Notes under the pieces: generated by a model
Database searches by the model: none
Seen by the model: the letters and a program-made list of their open reading frames with translations, nothing else
What the model was told of the DNA's origin: nothing
Assembly (NCBI RefSeq): GCF_006345805.1
Contig: NC_042999.1
Location: forward strand, 96,720,001 to 96,784,000
DNA length: 64,000 bases
Reading direction: 5' to 3'
Source: Octopus sinensis
Lineage: Eukaryota
Made by a program: the position numbers and the translations under genes
Part shown: positions 40,801 to 52,125 of the stretch, piece by piece
How positions within the stretch are numbered: the stretch's first letter is position 1
Layout of the letters: the number at the start of each line of letters is the position of its first letter

Positions 40801-41080
40801 ATAATCAGCTGATTGTGGATCGAATGCGGAAGATATAAATCTTAAGAATGTCAAAGTGTTCTACGATGGCAAGGTTATCTCTAACGGGTCGTTGTATCAA
40901 CTTCAACGTACGAAATCTCTGGTCAATAACCGTGTCAGCATCTGTATCACAAAAACATTAATGGTGGCGATGAAAGGTGTATTCATGTTAGGGTAGATAT
41001 GTAGATGAAGACAACACTAAGTAAGCAATTACATCAGGCACTGTCAGATCTGTAATATATTTATATTATTTATCGTTACA

Positions 41081-41188
<108 letters not shown>

Positions 41189-41879
41189 TGTACTTATTTG
41201 TTGCTGCGTGGCTAAAACACAAACGAACATTCACCAAACCACATATAATACTGGTCAACACTGTTTTCATTGCCAAAGTTATTGGAATGATTTAGGATTA
41301 AGTTTTTGGTGCTGAATCTGATAACGCCATCAATTTTGCTAGATTGACTCTAGTTTTTGACTTAATTTAAGGCTGCATATTTGATAATTCACCACGCTTA
41401 GCCTTCTGAACCCCCTATAATTTTTAGGACATACTATAGTTGCTGAATTGATTTTTTTAGATATTACGTTATCTAATTTATTTCATGTAAAATGCTAGAA
41501 TTAAAAATATCATAAAACATCAGAACATGTTGACATAAAATGCCAAAAATATGTACAACACATCATCATCATCATCATCATCATTGTTCAACACAGTAAC
41601 ACTAAAAATCATGAAAGACTTTTTACTATAATCCCCTGTGGTGGACAAGTTCTGCATTTCTTCGATAACAAAGGAATATCAGATAGGGAAGTAAATACTG
41701 ATATGGGAATTTCTTAGCTACTGTCGCTTTGCAGATTCCAAATCAGGATACTTTCATGTATCACTTAATGGTTTTCATGCAGTAATAGTGTACACGACAA
41801 TGCAGTAACATTGCCCCCCACCCACCCAGATATATATCAAAATATATCAATCAATCCGTCAACAAATGATGTATGATAG

Positions 41880-42800
41880 TCTTTTGAATGGTTTTGTAGA
41901 ATATTCCATGATGCATCTGTTCCAGCTACCTTGATGCCTTTTCTCCATCACCGTTAAATGCTGATGGAACCTCATCCTGTATTTCTCACTGAAATTTCTC
42001 AATGGCTGCGAAAGAATTGTGCTTTTATGTTTATATTAGCACCAATAGCTTTTAAGTCATCGAGCATGGTTTCCACAGTTCTTCATAATTGTCAGTTTTC
42101 TTGATACCAAAGAAGTTTTCATTAATTGACACATAACTACACCACTAAGCAGAAATATATTCATATATTTCGGAAAACTTTAATCTTTAATGCCTTTGTA
42201 GATAGGAAGACCAGCAAATATTCTTCCTTTAGTTTTCCAAATTTCAAGTCCAGGAATCATCTGCAAGTGTACTTGAAATAATTACCATTTCTGTCTAAAT
42301 TTTTAACAAATTGCTTCATCAATTCAAGTTTGTCAGAAAGGGAAATGAGAATGATGTTTTCTCTTGAAATAATAGTTTGTTGATGTTATTAGCTCATTTG
42401 AAGGTAACGTCATTTTTTTCTAACGATCTTGCTTTTCTCTACTGCCCCGTAAACACAAGAAAAAATGGTATTTTCTGTACTCACTTTGCTCAAATGGAAC
42501 AGGCCACTGGCGTTAGTAGAGTTTCTGCAAGGCAATAAACTTAAAGTTTAACTGAATGAACAATTAGTAATAAAGCAGAGTTGTTGTCATTGTGTAATAA
42601 AACATAACTTGTGCTCTCTTTGGAGCCGTCAATCTTGTGGTCAATGTTCAGGTAGTTCCATTGGTGAAAAAGTCTAGAGATGTTTTGGCAGCGGAGAAGG
42701 TTCTCATCTTCAGTGAAGGAAGAAGTCTTTGTTAATTTAACTTGCATTTCTTTTCTTTCAGCCCGTAACTTCCGTGATTTTGAACTGTATGTCAATTGCT
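41880..42800 (-). mobile_element. Decayed DDE transposase, Chapaev3-like (CMC)
   Basis: Broken frames: IDGSKESTSYVLLHN..IVHSVKL, KLELMKQFVKNLD, ERFHQ.L.VMEKR.QG.W. Family name is from recalled motifs. Confidence 0.55.
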
Positions 42801-43424
42801 CTTACGATTCACGTACAATAAACGAACAACACTTACAATAAATGCCTTAAAGATTATAAAATTTAAACATATATTTTTATGATCAACAAAATAAATATAT
42901 TAAATATAATTATCTTGAAAGTTCAAATTTATGTAACATTCATTAATTGAGGTTTTAAAATCACTATCATATATCTAAGTTTTTTTTTTATCTGTAAAGT
43001 AACTTTGAAGTTGTTTATTTTCAGAGCTGTACCAAAGAGATCATTAATAATGTCAATGTGTCTGTATTCTATAAACTGCTATTGCTGAACATTAAACTGT
43101 CATTACTCACTAAGCGTATAGTATACGTGATGTTTATCTGTCAGAAATATTCGAGTCAAAAATATAGTACAACAGATTCATGCGAAACGGGAAATACGAG
43201 TACAGAAGCAAAATTTTATCGTTGATATTATTTCCTTGACACACATTACGCATAAATACTTGTATTTCTGGGAATTCAAAATTGTGCTTTCGTGATATCA
43301 CACTCATAACATATATACTGAAATCGTATATCTTACTGGTCACTTAGATCAATTGGCCTTCTGGTTAGTGTTTAATATCATTATACCAGACTGCTGGAAA
43401 AAAACGTGTGGTGATACGCTATTA

Positions 43425-43472
<48 letters not shown>

Positions 43473-43496
43473 CGTTGTTGTTGTTGATGTTGTTAT

Positions 43497-43650
43497 TCAG
43501 TAGTCTTAATTTTATCACGTGCTTTCACTGCACTACAGAGTGCAGCTCTGAATGCCTTAGGTATGTGCTGTGGATTGTTGTGGTGCTCTTATTTTCACTG
43601 TATTGAAAGTGTTTTACGTAGGATGTGCGCGGTGCCTAGCAACGCTATAT
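43497..43650 (-). mobile_element. R4/Dong-like 3' end fragment
   Basis: IALLGTAHILRKTLSIQ* plus 3' UTR and (AAT)n tail; same family as 51171-51472. Confidence 0.8.
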
Positions 43651-43652
43651 TC

Positions 43653-43683
<31 letters not shown>

Positions 43684-43730
43684 ATTATTATTATCATTAT
43701 TATTATCATTATTATTATTATTATTATTAT

Positions 43731-44285
43731 TGAGTGAGAGAGCAGTGCATGTCATCAAAGTGACACTGGGGTGAAATATACGAAGCCCAGTATACCCATC
43801 GTGACGACTCGCCTCATAAGGGTACACTAGGCACATGCATTACAACCATATGTGCGCGACATGGTGATCTCATGTCAGGATAAACAGCGCATGACCTTGC
43901 AGGTGGGGTCCAGTTAGAATTTTCTTCTGGTCGAGTAACCCATCCTGCTCAAAAGGTTCCTGAATAAGGGTTATTTAAGGATGTTGAACGAAACACCCAT
44001 GTTTCCAGAGGTGAATTATCCAAACTCCAAAGAATCCCTCTCAACACATGGCTAGGATGCTCTCCCACTACTTCTGCTTGTGATCAGAGATACACATATC
44101 GTCAGCCACTAAGGGACATGGTCAACTGGTTAAGGTCAAACTACTGACAAGCAAATCTGTGGTATTGAGCAGAATATTTGATGTAGCCAATCTAAGATAC
44201 CAAGACAAAACAATGTATACTACAAGACTTCCAATCAGTTAAGATCAGAAGCCACGAGGGCTACTGCCTGGTACTGCATCAGGGC
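43731..44285 (-). mobile_element. ~555-bp non-coding retroposon in (AAT)n, full-length copy
   Basis: No ORF; flanked by (AAT)n; second copy at 44348-44824; 5' hairpin shared with the element ending at 54076. Confidence 0.8.
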
Positions 44286-44301
44286 ATTATCATTATTATT
44301 A

Positions 44302-44347
<46 letters not shown>

Positions 44348-44348
<1 letters not shown>

Positions 44349-44824
44349 GAGTGAGCGAGCAGAGCATGCCATCAAAGTGACACTGGGGTAAAATATACGA
44401 AGCCCAGTATACCCATCATGACTACCCGTCTGATAAGGGTACACCAGGCACATGCATCACAACCATATGTGCGCGACATGGTGATCTCATATCAAGATAA
44501 ACAGCACATGACCTTGCAGGTGGAGCCCAGTTAGAATTTTCTTCAGGTTGAGTAGCCCATCCCGCTCAAAAGGTCCCTGAATAAGGGTTGTTTAAGGACG
44601 TTGAACGAAACACCCATGTTTCCAGAAGTGAATTATTCAAACCCCAAAGAATCCTTCTCAACACATGGCTATGATGCTCCCCCACTACTTCTGCTCGTGA
44701 TCAGAGATGCACATATCGTCAGCCACTAAGGGACATGCTCAACTGGTTAAGGTCAAACAACTGACAAGCAAATCTGTGGTATTGAGCAGAATATTTACTG
44801 TAGCCCATTTTTTATACCAAGACA
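44348..44824 (-). mobile_element. 5'-truncated copy of the same non-coding retroposon
   Basis: Highly similar to 43731-44215 along its length. Confidence 0.8.
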
Positions 44825-44850
44825 TTATTATTATTATTATTATTATTATT

Positions 44851-47800
44851 TATGGGTTTTTCTTCTTTCAAATTTGCTTCCATTTCTTGCCGAGTGTCTT
44901 CCCGACTCCTAGGGCAAAGAAACTCATAGTATACATTGGTAGGCCATTAAACTAAACACACTAGTTCGTTCATTTTTTTAATAGAAATAAAGTTAAATTA
45001 AAATACATGGGTAGTAATAGTTCTCACATCGACAATGCTCTTCTCAATACGTGTGATGTACCAGTTAAGACAATCTTTTGCACTTCTTGCAGGGATGGTA
45101 AGCCAGGGATCATTCTCATATGATTTTCGGTTCCCTTCTTGATCATTCCTAGTGCTCCTACGATCACTGGTATTATAACCGCCTTGAGATGCCACATTTT
45201 CTCAATTTCAATGAGCAGGTCTTTATATTTTCTGAGCTTGTCAAATTCTTTCGCCGAGATATTATGATCACAGGGGATGCTCATGTCGATCAATAAGCAA
45301 ACTTTATTGTTTTGGTCTTTCACAACATTATCCGGTTTATTGGTTTTGATGGTTCGGTCTGTATGTACTGGAAAGTCCCACGGCATTTTGGGTCTGTTCC
45401 ATTTTTCACCACATTGGCCTGGTAGTTCCGGGTTAATAGGCTTTGATCTTGAGCAGCCAGGATGAAACCTTTGCTCTCTGCTTTTAGCCCTGAGCTCCGT
45501 AGCCACTGATGGGTTTGCTTCTGGTCAACATCAGCTTGTTTGCTACATATTTGCCGTGCAGAGGTTTCTCCTCCCACCTATCAGCCAATTGCTCGTGCGC
45601 TTTTTTCGTTGCTATTATTTTCACCTTCTTTGCAACAATAGTTGCCGTACTTCCCTCGGGTTGTTCAGTTTGGGCATCCTGCACGAGATCAATAGCAAAT
45701 TTTTTGCTTTCCTTTATGATAGAATGAAGCTTCTTTCGTCTCTCGTGATTTTCCACGAGCTTTAGCATCCAGTCATTCGTTATTTCAAGATATTTGGCCA
45801 GTCCAATTGTGGTTGTTTTGTAAGCTAGTTCAAATTGGATCAGGCCTCGACCTCCTTGGGTTCTGGGAAGGTAAAGGCGATCTACGTCTGCCTTTGGGTG
45901 GTGCATCCTATTACAACTCAGCAGCTAGCGTATTTTCCTATCTATTTTCTTTACTTCACTCATATTCCAGTTCAACACATTTTAGCTATAAGTAACAACT
46001 GGAACTGCTAAGGAATTTATAGCTAACCCCTTGTTACGTGCATTTAGTTCAGATTTCAGGACTGCTCGAACTCCTATAACATTCCTTCCTGATCTCTTTC
46101 ATGCTTGCATGCTGAATACCAGAGCCTTCATTTATCCCTAAATATTTGTAGGTTTGTTCTTGCTCAAGCTCTCTTATGACTGTGTTAAAATCTAACACGA
46201 CTGAATTTGTGGTCTTCACTTTCCCTTTCTGGAATGTGGCCTTGGCACACTTCTCAAGCCCAAACTCCATCCCGATGTCATCATTGAATGCTTTCACAGT
46301 GCGCAATAGGCCTTCAAGTTCATTATCGTCTTTACCATAGAGTTTTAAGTCATCCATATAAAATAGATGGCTTATTTTTTTGTTGACAATTTTATACCCT
46401 TACCCTGTTCAGTTTAATTTACTTGTAAGGGGTATTAGGGCTATGCAGAATATTAGAGGTGAAAGTGAGTCACCTTGAAAAATGCCACAGTTGATGTTTA
46501 TATTCTCTGAGGCAAGTACTCCATTAGAGTGGTATAATTGGAGATTCGTATTCCACAACGACATATTATGCTTCGGGAAGCTTGAAATCACAGGGGAAAT
46601 TTTGAAGATGTCCAGCGATTTCAAGATCCATGAATGCGGTATACTGTCGAAGGCCTTTTTATAGTCAATCCATTCGGAGCTGAGATTTCTGCGCTTGTTG
46701 TGACAGTTCTCAAGGATCATACAATTAATTAGCAGTTGATATTTGCATCCGTATGAGCCTCGGCGGCACCCTTTTTGTTCAATGGGAAAAATATCGTTCT
46801 TCTCCATGAATGCATATGTTTTCTCTGCCAGGATAGATGTTAGGATTTTATACGTGGTGGATAGACAGTTTATAGGCCGATAGTTTTTTGGAAGTTTGGT
46901 TTCGTTATTCTTTGGGAGCAGGTAAGTAATACCACTTGCTAACCATTCAGGTGTTTTCTTTGGGTCTCTCATAATTCCATTGAGCAGCTGAACTAGCTTA
47001 CCGTGTGCGCATGGGAGCGATGAGAGCCAGAAATTCGGCACCCTATCTTTACCGAGGGATTTCCAATTATGGGCCTTCGTGAGTGCCTTTCTTATGTCTA
47101 CTATTGTGATGTCTTCCCATGTTTGTAGTTGTAAATTTTGGTAGGATCCTTCTGTTTGTATAATCCAGTCTGCATTTATGTTGTACGTCTTCTCGTCCAC
47201 TCCAAATCCTTTTCCAAAAGTTTTAAACTTCTTCCGTGGGAGGAGGGTCTTTAACGGTTACTTTCTCCTTCCCTATTTCTCTGTAGAATTTTTTGGCATT
47301 GGATGTGAACAGCTTATTTTGCTTGTAAAACTTGTTGCTCTTCTCAAATCTTCATATTCTTTGAACTTTTGCTTGGAATTTTTGTTTCGGCGTTTCTTTT
47401 ATTGATATCAGTTCTTCTCTCGGTGAGGATCCAAATTTTCTCTTCATCTTTCTTCCTGTTCTGGATCTTTCATTTCCACATATTAGTTCATTTAATATTG
47501 ATATTTCCCCTCTCATAAATTCAATCTCTTTTTCAATTTTACTTCTCCAGGTTTGATTTCTTCCCAGGTTTGGTTTTCTTTGTTTTTTCGGGGGCATACA
47601 GCTGGTTTCAATTGCTCTAGCAGAAGCGTAAATAACTTCATTTAACTCAGTAAAATCAGGTTTTAATTCTTGTATTATTTCATTTGTTACATAGTTGCCA
47701 ATTTTGATTTGTTTTTTATTTTGGTTTGTATTTGAGAGTTTATGAAGTGGTTCTCTATCATTCATACTTGTATGTCTTACAACTTCAAGCGTATTCAGGA

Positions 47801-48638
47801 TTTTCTGCCTCATTTCTGTCATAGACTCTCTGTGTTTTTCAGCAAATGCGAGATCTTCAGTTACTGTTGTTTTATCATTTTCCTGGCTATCGTTAACAGG
47901 TTCAATAGAATTTCTTGTATCTTCAGGCCTTTGCGTGCTTTGGTCAGATGGCAGTCTTTCAATTAAGACTCGTGGCGGCCTATTCTGTTCATCTGATTCT
48001 TCATTTCCTTTGTGTCTTATATTTATGTTATTTTCCGTTGCGTGCTTGATCGTGCTTATTTCACTGTCTGTGAGTCTGTTATTTCTAAGGATATCCCTCC
48101 TCACATTTGCCAATTTATTCTCGTCCAAATAGGGTCTACTGTCTTGATTCCGTGTTCTCTATATACTGTAAGAGTTTGCGGTGTGTCTCTCTTGAGATGG
48201 CCTACTTAATGCATAGTAATAAGCGTATATTAGTTCTTTATACTCTTCTCGGGTCCATTTGTTCCGCTTACATTTTTCTTTCTGTGGTGGTTGTGGTGGT
48301 GAACTTGGAGGGCTCGAGTTGGGGAATTTCCCGTTCAAGTGACCATCTATGTCCGTATTCGGAGAAGAGTTTGTGCCAGTTGATGACTTTTCGATCCCAG
48401 GCTGGCTCTTCTCTGGGGGACGCGCTTCCAGATTAACCATAGGACAAGCGATTTGGTATACTGATTTAGTTTTCCTTTTAGTTTCCAAAAACATTTTGGT
48501 GCTACGATAATGTTATCATTTTTGAGCTCTGAGTGGCTCGCGGGGAGACGGCCATCATTGCCGTTACAATTATAATCGTACCATTATAGCAGCCGTAGCC
48601 GGCCTGTGGTCACTCCTTGTAGTCATGGCAACAGTGTA
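44851..48638 (-). mobile_element. Near full-length R4/Dong-clade RLE non-LTR retrotransposon, decayed
   Basis: Myb-like KWTREEY..; RT (YRPINCL, EQKGC, WIDYKKAFDS, GIFQGDSLSP, MDDLKL); PKADVDRLYL..GGRG; RLE (KPD..IDMSIP..K..KY..GALG); (AAT)n at both ends. Confidence 0.92.
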
Positions 48639-48929
48639 TTATTATTATTTAGAGGAAGGAGAAGGCAACAGTGTTTATTGTTATTATTTAGAGGAAGGAG
48701 AGGGCAGGTTGGTAGTGGATAGGCAGGATGGCAGTCATACAGTTAGATATCGTTAGTCTATAAATAGACTCAATAGGAGTAGGCGAGGGGTGAAAGAGTG
48801 ATTGTACCCATGTGGTCCAGCAAAGGAGCGGTCAGCAGAGGTCAAATATGTGTTTACTACCAAATCACCTTGTGCGTTTTAATTACCGAGAGAAAGACAG
48901 AAATAAAATACACACACTCACACTCACAT

Positions 48930-49800
48930 ATATATAATTTCTATATATATAAATTGCTTAAATTAGTTATCCGGCGGCGTTTAAGAGCGTTCTTGTAGAA
49001 ATTTCTGGGTTTTTTTCATATTTGGCTATTCACAGTACAATATATATATTAAAGATGATCGTTTGTACGTGTTTAGCAATTTAAATCTTTTTTCTATAGA
49101 TATTAAAGTTTTTAAAGATGATCATTTGTGTGTTCGTCCAGAGAAAACTGAATATAATCAAGTTTTTAAGCCTGTAAATTGTTTAAGTAAAGATAGCCAT
49201 AGGCGTTTAAGAGTGTTCTTGCAAAGTAATTTTTTTACATATTTGGCTATTCACAGTACAGCGTAGATATTTAAAGTTCTTAAAGATGATCATTTGTGTG
49301 TTCACGGAAAGTTTTACTTTTCACATAATATTGTAGATATTAATGTTTTTAAAGATGATCGTTTGTGTGTCCGTCCAGAGAATACTGTAGATAGTCAAGT
49401 TTTTAAAGTTATTTAGAATGAGATTTTAAATACTCATTTAGAATGAGATTTTAAATACTCACAGAGGATTATATATACTTCAGTTTTCAAAAAATGTTTT
49501 TGGGTTGTAATAGGATGTCTGTGTATATATATAATTTCTATATATATAAATTGCTTAAGTTGGATAACCGAAGGCGTCTAAGAGTGTTCTTGCAGAGAAA
49601 AAAGGGATGCTTACATATTTGGCTAGTCAGAGAGAAAAGAAGAGTTTTGGGTATTCATAGGAAATTGTAGATATTAGAGTTTTTAAAGATGATTGTTTTT
49701 GTGTTCTTCCAGAGAAAATTGTAAATAATCAAGTTTTTAAAGCTAATTAGAATGAGATTTTAGGTACTCACGGAAAATTTTAGATATTCCAGTTTTTAAG
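48930..49800. repeat. Degenerate higher-order minisatellite
   Basis: TAAAGATGATC(A/G)TTTGTGTGT recurs about 5 times, GCGT(T/C)TAAGAG(T/C)GTTCTTG 3 times, and an exact 25-bp tandem sits at 49411-49460. Confidence 0.75.
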
Positions 49801-49910
49801 AGTTGTTTTTCAGTTGTAGTAGAATTCCTGTGTCTTCAGCTGCTGACTTATCAGAGCAGCGAAAGACACGTCCAGCTGCTACCAGGGCAGGCTGTATTAT
49901 ATTATTATTA

Positions 49911-49983
<73 letters not shown>

Positions 49984-50000
49984 GTCATCATTATTATTAT

Positions 50001-51141
50001 CTCTTTGTCACAGGTTTTGTTGGACCTCCTGGAGTCTTGCATGCGTAGTGGGTTTACTACCTGCAGCCTACGGTACCATGCTATTCGTTCTTTTCAGCTA
50101 TCTAATACTTTCCTGATTATTCTGGCCGTGCTTAGGAGGCAAACATTTTGTAACAGTTCTACTAGGCACTCTATTCCAGTTTTCTTTATATTCGTCTTGA
50201 TGCCTTCTGATACTGTTCCCAAGGACCCAACAATACTTGTCACTGTCTTCACCTTCTTCATTTTCCATAGCCGGGCTATTTCGCACTTAAGAGGGTTGTA
50301 TCTATTGTTTCGTCTTCCTTCTTGACTATTCGTGGGTCAAAGGGAAATGCACCATCAACTATATAGCATGTGGTGCGCCTTGTTCACCATTACTAGGTCC
50401 GGTCTGTTATGCTCTAGCACCTGATCTGTTTGGATTGAGAATCCTAGAGGATTTTGCTAGTCTCTGACTCTACTACTCTCTGCGGTTTGTGCTCATACGA
50501 AATCTTGCCTCTCTCTAGCCCTCACTTTTCACACCGTTTTCAATGTAACACTTTCGCTACCTCGTCGTGTCACCACAACTTGTAGTGGTTTGGGGCAAGT
50601 GTAGGGCATTCGTTCGTGATATGGGCAATGGTTTCATACACTCTATTGCAGATGTGACACAGCAGAGAAACTTGCTCATTCCTAAGGTTCACCCTCCAGT
50701 TCATGCCAGTATACTGCTCTCGGTCTCTTGTTTTAGTATTCCTTTCTTCAGACAATCCAACCTGTATTTTCCAGCAACTTCTGTTGTAGCTACATGAAAT
50801 TGATTGTGTGGTCCCTTCTTGCGTAATTCTTCTTCATGCCTTTTTTGTACTTTTTCCTTCGTGTTCCTGTTTTCTCTGCTCTCAATACTTCCTCGTTCCT
50901 CACTGTCACTAGCTAGGTATCCCATTATTCTCTCGACTTCAATGCGCAGGCGGTCTTTCACATTTATCAGTCCCCTTCCTCCATTTGCCCTCTTTATGTA
51001 TAGACGATCTTGTCTGCACGTGAATGATGGGCTCCATGCATCGTTAGGAGCTTTCTTGACTTCCTATCGATCTGCTTTAGCTCCTCCTCTGTCCACTTCA
51101 GGATTCCAGCGCCATACCGAACAACTGCGACAGCGCGCGAC
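50001..51141 (-). mobile_element. 5'-truncated R4/Dong element
   Basis: VVRYGAGILKW, CHICNRVYETIAHITNEC (CCHC), RLE segment, LSTARIIRKVLDS*; (AAT)n flanks. Confidence 0.85.
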
Positions 51142-51170
51142 TATTATTATTATTATTATTATCATCATTA

Positions 51171-51470
51171 TTCAGTAGTTTTATTTTTATAGCGTGCTTT
51201 CACTTCACTACCGAGCGCAGCTCTGTGTGCCTTGGGTATGTGCTGTGATTTGTTGTGATGCTCTGATGGTTATTGTATGGAAAGTGTTCTGCGTAGGATG
51301 TGTGCAGTGCCTAGTAGTGCAATTTTCTGTATGTTATATGTGTTTGTAAGTCCTGGTGTTTTTGTTATGTATTTGTCTGAATATGTTTTTATCATGCCTA
51401 ATGCACCTACTATGATAGGAATTGTTTCTGTTTTCAGATTCCACATTCTAGTTACCTCTATTTCCAGGTC

Positions 51471-51472
<2 letters not shown>
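51171..51472 (-). mobile_element. R4/Dong 3' fragment
   Basis: KDLEIEVTRMWNLKTETIPIIVGALG..QKIALLGTAHILRRTLSIQ*; (AAT)n flanks. Confidence 0.88.
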
Positions 51473-51519
<47 letters not shown>

Positions 51520-51577
51520 TATTATATTATTATTATTATTATTATATTATTATTATATTATTATTATTATTATTATT

Positions 51578-51838
51578 TCATGTTTGACTTTAGCTTTACA
51601 TTTGTACAAGTTGGCTCCAAGTCTCACCCAGAGACATCAAGAGAAGTTCATGTTGGTGTTATACCTAGGGTGCCATACATTTGGTTTTGTACATATTGTT
51701 GTTCTAGAGAATGTTTAAGAAACCATAAGAAAATTATGTGTTTGTTTTAAAACTTGAGATTACATAGAAAGTATTTTACATAGAAAGTATTTTGCGTAGG
51801 ATGACTTGAGATTACATAGAAAGTATTTTGCGTAGGAT
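51578..51838 (-). mobile_element. R4/Dong 3' UTR fragment with reiterated 5' junction
   Basis: ILRKILSM* followed by 3' UTR; (AAT)n flanks. Confidence 0.75.
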
Positions 51839-51851
51839 TTATTATTATTAC

Positions 51852-51902
<51 letters not shown>

Positions 51903-51907
51903 CACTA

Positions 51908-52125
51908 AGGCAGCAAGCTGATATAATAGTTATCACACCGGGTGAAATGCTTAGCGGTATTTTCTTTGGCTTTGCGTTGTGAGTTCAAATTCCGCCAAGG
52001 TCGACTTTACCTTCCATCCTTTCGGGGTCGATAAATTAAGTACCAGTCAAATACTGAGGTTGATGTAATCGACTTTCTCCTCCCTCGAAATTCCAGGCCT
52101 TATGCCTACAGTAGAAGGGTTTATT
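51908..52125 (+). mobile_element. SINE family A
   Basis: Consensus match. Confidence 0.85.

Noticed and set aside
40603-40854. Poly-K, poly-R and poly-F ORFs
   Set aside because: (GAA)n microsatellite.
48500-48638. HDV-like ribozyme at the Dong 5' end (GGCCGGC and TCCCCGC motifs)
   Set aside because: P3 has a mismatch and no P2 3' strand or J4/2 could be found by eye; a covariance-model search would be needed.
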